Shown in pieces: positions 48,293-60,700 of a stretch of DNA of 64,000 nucleotides. Each line of letters starts with the position of its first letter. Position 1 is the first letter of the stretch. The stretch lies in the NCBI GenBank assembly GCA_040954595.2, contig CM082591.2, positions 1,587,745-1,651,744 of the forward strand. Direction: 5' to 3'. The notes under the pieces are model-generated. The model saw nothing but the letters and a program-made list of their open reading frames with translations, did not search any database and had not been told where the DNA came from. The stretch comes from Balanoglossus misakiensis (taxonomy: Eukaryota; Animalia; Hemichordata). Made by a program: the position numbers and the translations under genes.

Positions 48293-50429
48293 GTTTATCT
48301 CGATTGGGAAATTTCAACATCTATTACTGTCACCGTTTGTAGTGATATGATATCACAGCCTAGGCCCAGTCCGTTTTCTCGCATATCAGCAATTAATATC
48401 TTGCTCTCTGTAGTGTTTTGCTATTCCAATATATATCTTAAGAAGCTTGATGTGTGCTATCCAGTTTATTATTGGGAAGCTTTGTTAAACATCCGCCAAA
48501 CATTACTTATTTATGAGATGATATGAGTGTGATATGTTTTTGTAGTTATTTAGTTGTATTTATTAGATTCTAACGAGTGTCTGGATTCCATTACATGGCA
48601 CCATTTCTAAAGGCATTTTTTGTTCCAGTTTTTGTTGTTTTTTCTTGTGCACTGTATAATGTTTATACCACTGTGAATTAAGGATATTTTAAGGATAGTT
48701 TGGTCCAAGTGGAGGGGTGGATGGGGGTGGGGTTGACTGATCTAAAATTTAAACCAGCATAAAATAGTGCAACGACCATGTGATTATTAATAAGTCTAAC
48801 AGTGTCCTCTGTTCTTTGCCTCGAAGGTAACAAAGTTGTTGAGGTTGCTAATGCTAAGCTGAAGAAATAAGAAACTCGTCATTTGTGTGTTGCCATGGTA
48901 AACGTCATCACTGCCCATCCTGTGCCATAATCACCAGATCATCGAGGAAATTCCATTTCATCCTGAAGTCACTCACGCCAGAGAAATCGTTTCTACCATA
49001 ATTCTCATGCATTGTGTGGTCATTTCAAATCTGTGTTTAGTATCACTAATCAGAAGTCAATTATTATGTGAAACAGTGTTTAATTATAAACGTTGACATG
49101 CCATATTGAAAAATGTTTGTTCAGATATCCTTGTACTAAACTTTTGTGTACAGTTTTTCACAGTTTTGTATTTAGATGTGAGACTGGATGTTGAACTTGA
49201 CACTAAAAGAATCAATCAAGTAAATATACATTCAGACACTCACTCACAGAGAAGCTAGACTTCTCTAGATTTGCTTTGTAACCTTTCAAGTTTGCCAAAT
49301 GTTTTTCAATCATCATATAGAGTCTGCTGGTTCAACTCAAGTACTACGGGAAAGTGATGTCTGGAACAAAATAAGGTGACTCACACATATGCAAGTCAAA
49401 CTACTGTATATATTTAAAACAAATATAGATCAGTGCCTTAAAAGCATTACAGTATTACCCTGCAGAGAATCATGGGATGCAGGTGCTATATTAGATATAT
49501 CGCCTGGTGTCAGGTCAATATCTGATATTACCCAAGCAAAGTATTATGGGATACAGTAAATGAATTTCAATTTTCAAAGGATTACTACATTAGTATTTTC
49601 ATTTACTCTTGAACAATCAGAGAATTTTTTAAATGATTTGTTATTACATTTCGTCAGTTGTTACATAGCAGACTTTTATTAATGGAATTAAAAAAATTTC
49701 ACCATGATGTGAATGCATCAACATAATTAAAGATTTCATAAATCTATGCAATTAATATTTACGAATGGTCATCCGTGGAAGGTAACATTGATTTATTTTC
49801 AGATTTCTTCACCTTCTCACCCCTGTATTTTGTGGTATAGTCCGTCTGGCAATAGAATGGGCCTTCAGTATTTCTATGAACAGGTGACGTGGGTGGTATA
49901 GTTTACACAGCTATCAATACCTTGTATCACAAATATGGAATAATTATATTAGATGTACTAACTTCACATGCGAGTGTCTTGGACAACAGCAAAAGTCCTC
50001 TATTTACTGTTAAATGCAGGTGAAATCACATGTTCATGCATTTCAGGGCTTTTTTTAAAATCTACTCTAAATCACACATCTGATTGTAACAAACCCAATC
50101 AGATTTATTCAAATATTGGTCAATTTTTACCAGTGTTTGTTAAAAAGATTGCCCTAGATTCTTTTATTAAGACGCCTTTCTCAGAATGTTAACCCACATG
50201 TTTTGTTCGGATATTTTATTATTTTTTCTAAGGTGTTTTGGTATGTAATTGTTTTTAATCATGTTTATACAAGATCTGATGAAAAAGAAATGAATGAAAA
50301 ATAAATATACATGATCGTTAATGGTGAAATGTGTGAATTACTTGGAATTTTCTAAACAGACATTTTCCATCAAACAACCAAAATTCAGGTATGAAATCCT
50401 ATCATTGGAATGAAAATCATCACAAAATG

Positions 50430-51760
50430 AAAATTTTTCGACTTGATTTCTAGAAATCGAAAAATTTCATGAACTATAACCCATGAAAAATATCAAAAAA
50501 TGACAAATTCGCAAGATCGGAAAAATGTCATTTTTTGACAATTTTCATGAGCTATAACCAATGATTTTTTTCAAAAAATGACGAAATTTTTAAATATCTC
50601 GAAATCGAAAAATTTTCGGATTTTGATGATTTTCATGAGCTATAACCCATGATTTTTTCAAAAAATGACCAAATTTCGAAAGTTCGCAAAGTCGAAAAAT
50701 CCTCGATTTTTGGCGATTTTCCTGAGCTATAACCCATGATTTTTTCAAAAAATGACCAAATTTCGAAAGTTCGCAAAGTCGAAAAATCCTCGATTTTTGG
50801 CCATGATTTTTTGAAAAAAATGACCAAATTTCGAAAGTTCGCAAAGTCGAAAAATCCTCGATTTTTGACGATTTTCCTGAGCTATAACCCATGATTTTTT
50901 CAAAAAATGACCAAATTTCGAAAGTTCGCAAAGTCGAAAAATCCTCGATTTTTGACGATTTTCCTGAGCTATAACCCATGATTTTTTCAAAAAATGACCA
51001 AATTTCGAAAGTTCGCAAAGTCGAAAAATCCTCGATTTTTGACGATTTTCCTGAGCTATAACCCATGATTTTTTCAAAAAATGACCAAATTTCGAAAGTT
51101 CGCAAAGTCAAAAAATCCTCGATTTTTGACGATTTTCCTGAGCTATAACCCATGATTTTTTCAAAAAATGACCAAATTTCGAAAGTTCGCAAAGTCGAAA
51201 AATCCTCGATTTTTGACGATTTTCCTGAGCTATAACCCATGATTTTTTCAAAAAATGACCAAATTTCGAAAGTTCGCAAAGTCGAAAAATCCTCGATTTT
51301 TGACGATTTTCCTGAGCTATAACCCATGATTTTTTCAAAAAATGACCAAATTTCGAAAGTTCGCAAAGTCGAAAAATCCTCGATTTTTGACGATTTTCCT
51401 GAGCTATAACCCATGATTTTCTCAAAAAATGACCAAATTTCGAAAGTTCGCAAAGTCGAAAAATCCTCGATTTTTGACGATTTTCCTGAGCTATAACCCA
51501 TGATTTTTTCAAAAAATGACCAAATTTCGAAAGTTCGCAAAGTCGAAAAATCCTCGATTTTTGACGATTTTCCTGAGCTATAACCCATGATTTTTTCAAA
51601 AAATGACCAAATTTCGAAAGTTCGCAAAGTCGAAAAATCCTCGATTTTTGACGATTTTCCTGAGCTATAACCCATGATTTTTTCAAAAAATGACCAAATT
51701 TCGAAAGTTCGCAAAGTCGAAAAATCCTCGATTTTTGACGATTTTCCTGAGCTATAACCC
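50430..51760 (-). repeat. 87-bp satellite, reverse-orientation arm (~13 good monomers plus ~2 degenerate edge monomers)
   Basis: Reverse complement of the main monomer (gagctataacccatgattttttcaaaaaatgaccaaatttcgaaagttcgcaaagtcgaaaaatcctcgatttttgacgattttcct). Similarity decays left of ~50640. Confidence 0.95.
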
Positions 51761-51772
51761 AAAAAAATGACC

Positions 51773-54700
51773 AAAATCGAGGATTTTTCGACTTTGCGAA
51801 CTTTCGAAATTTGGTCATTTTTTGAAAAAATCATGGGTTATAGCTCAGGAAAATCGTCAAAAATCGAGGATTTTTCGACTTTGCGAACTTTCGAAATTTG
51901 GTCATTTTTTTGAAAAAATCATGGGTTATAGCCCAGGAAAATCGTCAAAAATCGAGGATTTTTCGACTTTGCGAAATATCGAAATTTGGTCATTTTTTGA
52001 AAAAATCATGGGTTATAGCTCAGGAAAATCGTCAAAAATCGAGGATTTTTCGACTTTGCGAACTTTCGAAATTTGGTCATTTTTTGAAAAAATCATGGGT
52101 TATAGCTCAGGAAAATCGTCAAAAATCGAGGATTTTTCGACTTTGCGAACTTTCGAAATTTGGTCATTTTTTGAAAAAATCATGGGTTATAGCTCAGGAA
52201 AATCGTCAAAAATCGAGGATTTTTCGACTTTGCGAACTTTCGAAATTTGGTCATTTTTTGAAAAAATCATGGGTTATAGCTCAGGAAAATCGTCAAAAAT
52301 CGAGGATTTTTCGACTTTGCGAACTTTCGAAATTTGGTCATTTTTTGAAAAAATCATGGGTTATAGCTCAGGAAAATCGTCAAAAATCGAGGATTTTTCG
52401 ACTTTGCGAACTTTCGAAATTTGGTCATTTTTTGAAAAAATCATGGGTTATAGCTCAGGAAAATCGTCAAAAATCGAGGATTTTTCGACTTTGCGAACTT
52501 TCGAAATTTGGTCATTTTTTGAAAAAATCATGGGTTATAGCTCAGGAAAATCGTCAAAAATCGAGGATTTTTCGACTTTGCGAACTTTCGAAATTTGGTC
52601 ATTTTTTGAAAAAATCATGGGTTATAGCTCAGGAAAATCGTCAAAAATCGAGGATTTTTCGACTTTGCGAACTTTCGAAATTTGGTCATTTTTTGAAAAA
52701 ATCATGGGTTATAGCTCAGGAAAATCGTCAAAAATCGAGGATTTTTCGACTTTGCGAACTTTCGAAATTTGGTCATTTTTTAAAAAAATCATGGGTTATA
52801 GCTCAGGAAAATCGTCAAAAATCGAGGATTTTTCGACTTTGCGAACTTTCGAAATTTGGTCATTTTTTGAAAAAATCATGGGTTATAGCTCAGGAAAATC
52901 GTCAAAAATCGAGGATTTTTCGACTTTGCGAACTTTCGAAATTTGGTCATTTTTTGAAAAAATCATGGGTTATAGCTCAGGAAAATCGTCAAAAATCGAG
53001 GATTTTTCGACTTTGCGAACTTTCGAAATTTGGTCATTTTTTGAAAAAATCATGGGTTATAGCTCAGGAAAATCGTCAAAAATCGAGGATTTTTCGACTT
53101 TGCGAACTTTCGAAATTTGGTCATTTTTTGAAAAAATCATGGGTTATAGCTCAGGAAAATCGCCAAAAATCGAGGATTTTTCGACTTTGCGAACTTTCGA
53201 AATTTGGTCATTTTTTGAAAAAATCATGGGTTATAGCTCAGGAAAATCGCCAAAAATCGAGGATTTTTCGACTTTGCGAACTTTCGAAATTTGGTCATTT
53301 TTTGAAAAAATCATGGGTTATAGTTCAGGAAAATCGCCAAAAATCGAGGATTTTTCGACTTTGCGAACTTTCGAAATTTGGTCATTTTTTGAAAAAATCA
53401 TGGGTTATAGCTCAGGAAAATCGCCAAAAATCGAGGATTTTTCGACTTTGCGAACTTTCGAAATTTGGTCATTTTTGAAAAAATCATGGGTTATAGCTCA
53501 GGAAAATCGCCAAAAATCGAGGATTTTTCGACTTTGCGAACTTTCGAAATTTGGTCATTTTTTGAAAAAATCATGGGTTATAGCTCAGGAAAATCGCCAA
53601 AAATCGAGGATTTTTCGACTTTGCGAACTTTCGAAATTTGGTCATTTTTTGAAAAAATCATGGGTTATAGCTTAGGAAAATCGCCAAAAATCGAGGATTT
53701 TTCGACTTTGCGAACTTTCGAAATTTGGTCATTTTTTGAAAAAATCATGGGTTATAGCTCAGGAAAATCGCCAAAAATCGAGGATTTTTCGACTTTGCGA
53801 ACTTTCGAAATTTGGTCATTTTTTGAAAAAATCATGGGTTATAGCTCAGGAAAATCGTCAAAAATCGAGGATTTTTCGACTTTGCGAACTTTCGAAATTT
53901 GGTCATTTTTAAAAAAAATCATGGGTTATAGCTCAGGAAAATCGTCAAAAATCGAGGATTTTTCGACTTTGCGAACTTTCGAAATTTGGTCATTTTTTGA
54001 AAAATCATGGGTTATAGCTCAGGAAAATCGTCAAAAATCGAGGATTTTTCGACTTTGCGAACTTTCGAAATTTGGTCATTTTTCGAAAAAATCATGGGTT
54101 ATAGCTCAGGAAAATCGTCAAAAATCGAGGATTTTTCGACTTTGCGAACTTTCGAAATTTGGTCATTTTTCGAAAAAATCATGGGTTATAGCTCAGGAAA
54201 ATCGTCAAAAATCGAGGATTTTTCGACTTTGCGAACTTTCGAAATTTGGTCATTTTTCGAAAAAATCATGGGTTATAGCTCAGGAAAATCGTCAAAAATC
54301 GAGGATTTTTCGACTTTGCGAACTTTCGAAATTTGGTCATTTTTCGAAAAAATCATGGGTTATAGCTCAGGAAAATCGTCAAAAATCGAGGATTTTTCGA
54401 CTTTGCGAACTTTCGAAATTTGGTCATTTTTCGAAAAAATCATGGGTTATAGCTCAGGAAAATCGTCAAAAATCGAGGATTTTTCGACTTTGCGAACTTT
54501 CGAAATTTGGTCATTTTTCGAAAAAATCATGGGTTATAGCTCAGGAAAATCGTCAAAAATCGAGGATTTTTCGACTTTGCGAACTTTCGAAATTTGGTCA
54601 TTTTTCGAAAAAATCATGGGTTATAGCTCAGGAAAATCGTCAAAAATCGAGGATTTTTCGACTTTGCGAACTTTCGAAATTTGGTCATTTTTTGAAAAAA

Positions 54701-57700
54701 TCATGGGTTATAGCTCAGGAAAATCGTCAAAAATCGAGGATTTTTCGACTTTGCGAACTTTCGAAATTTGGTCATTTTTTGAAAAAATCATGGGTTATAG
54801 CTCAGGAAAATCGTCAAAAATCGAGAATTTTTCGACTTTGCGAACTTTCGAAATTTGGTCATTTTTTGAAAAATTCATGGGTTATAGCTCAGGAAAATCG
54901 TCAAAAATCGAGAATTTTTCGACTTTGCGAACTTTCGAAATTTGGTCATTTTTTGAAAAAATCATGGGTTATAGCTCAGGAAAATCGTCAAAAATCGAGG
55001 ATTTTTCGACTTTGCGAACTTTCGAAATTTGGTCATTTTTTGAAAAAATCATGGGTTATAGCTCAGGAAAATCGTCAAAAATCGAGGATTTTTCGACTTT
55101 GCGAACTTTCGAAATTTGGTCATTTTTTGAAAAAATCATGGGTTATAGCTCAGGAAAATCGTCAAAAATCGAGGATTTTTCGACTTTGCGAACTTTCGAA
55201 ATTTGGTAATTTTTTGAAAAAATCATGGGTTATAGCTCAGGAAAATCGTCAAAAATCGAGGATTTTTCGACTTTGCGAACTTTCGAAATTTGGTCATTTT
55301 TTGAAAAAATCATGGGTTATAGCTCAGGAAAATCGTCAAAAATCGAGGATTTTTCGACTTTGCGAACTTTCGAAATTTGGTCATTTTTTGAAAAAATCAT
55401 GGGTTATAGCTCAGGAAAATCGTCAAAAATCGAGGATTTTTCGACTTTGCGAACTTTCGAAATTTGGTCATTTTTCGAAAAAATCATGGGTTATAGCTCA
55501 GGAAAATCGTCAAAAATCGAGGATTTTTCGACTTTGCGAACTTTCGAAATTTGGTCATTTTTCGAAAAAATCATGGGTTATAGCTCAGGAAAATCGTCAA
55601 AAATCGAGGATTTTTCGACTTTGCGAACTTTCGAAATTTGGTCATTTTTCGAAAAAATCATGGGTTATAGCTCAGGAAAATCGTCAAAAATCGAGGATTT
55701 TTCGACTTTGCGAACTTTCGAAATTTGGTCATTTTTCGAAAAAATCATGGGTTATAGCTCAGGAAAATCGTCAAAAATCGAGGATTTTTCGACTTTGCGA
55801 ACTTTCGAAATTTGGTCATTTTTTGAAAAAATCATGGGTTATAGCTCAGGAAAATCGTCAAAAATCGAGGATTTTTCGACTTTGCGAACTTTCGAAATTT
55901 GGTCATTTTTTGAAAAAATCATGGGTTATAGCTCAGGAAAATCGTCAAAAATCGAGGATTTACTCTCACGAGATGTGTATCTTTCGAAATTTGGTCATTT
56001 TTTGAAAAAATCATGGTTATAGCTCAGGAAAATCGTCAAAAATCGAGGATTTCTTTGCGAACTTTCGAAATTTGGTCATTTTTTGAAAAAATCATGGGTT
56101 ATAGCTCAGGAAAATCGTCAAAAATCGAGGATTTTTCGACTTTGCGAACTTTCGAAATTTGGTCATTTTTTGAAAAAATCATGGGTTATAGCTCAGGAAA
56201 ATCGTCAAAAATCGAGGATTTTTCGACTTTGCGAACTTTCGAAATTTGGTCATTTTTTGAAAAAATCATGGGTTATAGCTCAGGAAAATCGTCAAAAATC
56301 GAGGATTTTTCGACTTTGCGAACTTTCGAAATTTGGTCATTTTTCGAAAAAATCATGGGTTATAGCTCAGGAAATCGTCAAAATCGAGGATTTTTCGACT
56401 TTGCGAACTTTCGAAATTTGGTCATTTTTCGAAAAAATCATGGGTTATAGCTCAGGAAAATCGTCAAAAATCGAGGATTTTTCGACTTTGCGAACTTTCG
56501 AAATTTGGTCATTTTTCGAAAAAATCATGGGTTATAGCTCAGGAAAATCGTCAAAAATCGAGGATTTTTCGACTTTGCGAACTTTCGAAATTTGGTCATT
56601 TTTCGAAAAAAATCATGGGTTATAGCTCAGGAAAATCGTCAAAAATCGAGGATTTTTCGACTTTGCGAACTTTCGAAATTTGGTCATTTTTCGAAAAAAT
56701 CATGGGTTATAGCTCAGGAAAATCGTCAAAAATCGAGGATTTTTCGACTTTGCGAACTTTCGAAATTTGGTCATTTTTCGAAAAAATCATGGGTTATAGC
56801 TCAGGAAAATCGTCAAAAATCGAGGATTTTTCGACTTTGCGAACTTTCGAAATTTGGTCATTTTTCGAAAAAATCATGGGTTATAGCTCAGGAAAATCGT
56901 CAAAAATCGAGGATTTTTCGACTTTGCGAACTTTCGAAATTTGGTCATTTTTCGAAAAAATCATGGGTTATAGCTCAGGAAAATCGTCAAAAATCGAGGA
57001 TTTTTCGACTTTGCGAACTTTCGAAATTTGGTCATTTTTTGAAAAAATCATGGGTTATAGCTCAGGAAAATCGTCAAAAATCGAGGATTTTTCGACTTTG
57101 CGAACTTTCGAAATTTGGTCATTTTTGAAAAAATCATGGGTTATAGCTCAGGAAAATCGTCAAAAATCGAGGATTTTTCGACTTTGCGAACTTTCGAAAT
57201 TTGGTCATTTTTGAAAAAATCATGGGTTATAGCTCAGGAAAATCGTCAAAAATCGAGGATTTTTCGACTTTGCGAACTTTCGAAATTTGGTCATTTTTTG
57301 AAAAAATCATGGGTTATAGCTCAGGAAAATCGTCAAAAATCGAGGATTTTTCGACTTTGCGAACTTTCGAAATTTGGTCATTTTTTGAAAAAATCATGGG
57401 TTATAGCTCAGGAAAATCGTCAAAAATCGAGGATTTTTCGACTTTGCGAACTTTCGAAATTTGGTCATTTTTTGAAAAAATCATGGGTTATAGCTCAGGA
57501 AAATCGTCAAAAATCGAGGATTTTTCGACTTTGCGAACTTTCGAAATTTGGTCATTTTTTGAAAAAATCATGGGTTATAGCTCAGGAAAATCGTCAAAAA
57601 TCGAGGATTTTTCGACTTTGCGAACTTTCGAAATTTGGTCATTTTTTGAAAAAATCATGGGTTATAGCTCAGGAAAATCGTCAAAAATCGAGGATTTTTC

Positions 57701-60700
57701 GACTTTGCGAACTTTCGAAATTTGGTCATTTTTTGAAAAAATCATGGGTTATAGCTCAGGAAAATCGTCAAAAATCGAGGATTTTTCGACTTTGCGAACT
57801 TTCGAAATTTGGTCATTTTTTGAAAAAATCATGGGTTATAGCTCAGGAAAATCGTCAAAAATCGAGGATTTTTCGACTTTGCGAACTTTCGAAATTTGGT
57901 CATTTTTTGAAAAAATCATGGGTTATAGCTCAGGAAAATCGTCAAAAATCGAGGATTTTTCGACTTTGCGAACTTTCGAAATTTGGTCATTTTTTGAAAA
58001 AATCATGGGTTATAGCTCAGGAAAATCGTCAAAAATCGAGGATTTTTCGACTTTGCGAACTTTCGAAATTTGGTCATTTTTTGAAAAAATCATGGGTTAT
58101 AGCTCAGGAAAATCGTCAAAAATCGAGGATTTTTCGACTTTGCGAACTTTCGAAATTTGGTCATTTTTTGAAAAAATCATGGGTTATAGCTCAGGAAAAT
58201 CGTCAAAAATCGAGGATTTTTCGACTTTGCGAACTTTCGAAATTTGGTCATTTTTTGAAAAAATCATGGGTTATAGCTCAGGAAAATCGTCAAAAATCGA
58301 GGATTTTTCGACTTTGCGAACTTTCGAAATTTGGTCATTTTTTGAAAAAATCATGGGTTATAGCTCAGGAAAATCGTCAAAAATCGAGGATTTTTCGACT
58401 TTGCGAACTTTCGAAATTTGGTCATTTTTTGAAAAAATCATGGGTTATAGCTCAGGAAAATCGTCAAAAATCGAGGATTTTTCGACTTTGCGAACTTTCG
58501 AAATTTGGTCATTTTTTGAAAAAATCATGGGTTATAGCTCAGGAAAATCGTCAAAAATCGAGGATTTTTCGACTTTGCGAACTTTCGAAATTTGGTCATT
58601 TTTTGAAAAAATCATGGGTTATAGCTCAGGAAAATCGTCAAAAATCGAGGATTTTTCGACTTTGCGAACTTTCGAAATTTGGTCATTTTTTGAAAAAATC
58701 ATGGGTTATAGCTCAGGAAAATCGTCAAAAATCGAGGATTTTTCGACTTTGCGAACTTTCGAAATTTGGTCATTTTTTGAAAAAATCATGGGTTATAGCT
58801 CAGGAAAATCGTCAAAAATCGAGGATTTTTCGACTTTGCGAACTTTCGAAATTTGGTCATTTTTTGAAAAAATCATGGGTTATAGCTCAGGAAAATCGTC
58901 AAAAATCGAGGATTTTTCGACTTTGCGAACTTTCGAAATTTGGTCATTTTTTGAAAAAATCATGGGTTATAGCTCAGGAAAATCGTCAAAAATCGAGGAT
59001 TTTTCGACTTTGCGAACTTTCGAAATTTGGTCATTTTTTGAAAAAATCATGGGTTATAGCTCAGGAAAATCGTCAAAAATCGAGGATTTTTCGACTTTGC
59101 GAACTTTCGAAATTTGGTCATTTTTTGAAAAAATCATGGGTTATAGCTCAGGAAAATCGTCAAAAATCGAGGATTTTTCGACTTTGCGAACTTTCGAAAT
59201 TTGGTCATTTTTTGAAAAAATCATGGGTTATAGCTCAGGAAAATCGTCAAAAATCGAGGATTTTTCGACTTTGCGAACTTTCGAAATTTGGTCATTTTTT
59301 GAAAAAATCATGGGTTATAGCTCAGGAAAATCGTCAAAAATCGAGGATTTTTCGACTTTGCGAACTTTCGAAATTTGGTCATTTTTTGAAAAAATCATGG
59401 GTTATAGCTCAGGAAAATCGTCAAAAATCGAGGATTTTTCGACTTTGCGAACTTTCGAAATTTGGTCATTTTTTGAAAAAATCATGGGTTATAGCTCAGG
59501 AAAATCGTCAAAAATCGAGGATTTTTCGACTTTGCGAACTTTCGAAATTTGGTCATTTTTTGAAAAAATCATGGGTTATAGCTCAGGAAAATCGTCAAAA
59601 ATCGAGGATTTTTCGACTTTGCGAACTTTCGAAATTTGGTCATTTTTTGAAAAAATCATGGGTTATAGCTCAGGAAAATCGTCAAAAATCGAGGATTTTT
59701 CGACTTTGCGAACTTTCGAAATTTGGTCATTTTTTAAAAAAAATCATGGGTTATAGCTCAGGAAAATCGTCAAAAATCGAGGATTTTTCGACTTTGCGAA
59801 CTTTCGAAATTTGGTCATTTTTTGAAAAAAATCATGGGTTATAGCTCAGGAAAATCGTCAAAAATCGAGGATTTTTCGACTTTGCGAACTTTCGAAATTT
59901 GGTCATTTTTTGAAAAAATCATGGGTTATAGCTCAGGAAAATCGTCAAAAATCGAGGATTTTTCGACTTTGCGAACTTTCGAAATTTGGTCATTTTTTGA
60001 AAAAATCATGGGTTATAGCTCAGGAAAATCGTCAAAAATCGAGGATTTTTCGACTTTGCGAACTTTCGAAATTTGGTCATTTTTTGAAAAAATCATGGGT
60101 TATAGCTCAGGAAAATCGTCAAAAATCGAGGATTTTTCGACTTTGCGAACTTTCGAAATTTGGTCATTTTTTGAAAAAATCATGGGTTATAGCTCAGGAA
60201 AATCGTCAAAAATCGAGGATTTTTCGACTTTGCGAACTTTCGAAATTTGGTCATTTTTTGAAAAAATCATGGGTTATAGCTCAGGAAAATCGCCAAAAAT
60301 CGAGGATTTTTCGACTTTTGCGAACTTTCGAAATTTGGTCATTTTTTGAAAAAATCATGGGTTATAGCGCAGGACAATCGCCAAAAATCGAGGATTTTTC
60401 GACTTTGCGAACTTTCGAAATTTGGTCATTTTTTGAAAAAATCATGGGTTATAGCTCAGGAAAATCGCCAAAAATCGAGGATTTTTCGACTTTGCGAACT
60501 TTCGAAATTTGGTCATTTTTTAAAAAAATCATGGGTTATAGCTCAGGAAAATCGTCAAAAATCGAGGATTTTTCGACTTTGCGAACTTTCGAAATTTGGT
60601 CATTTTTTGAAAAAATCATGGGTTATAGCTCAGGAAAATCGTCAAAAATCGAGGATTTTTCGACTTTGCGAACTTCGAAATTTGGTCATTTTTTGAAAAA

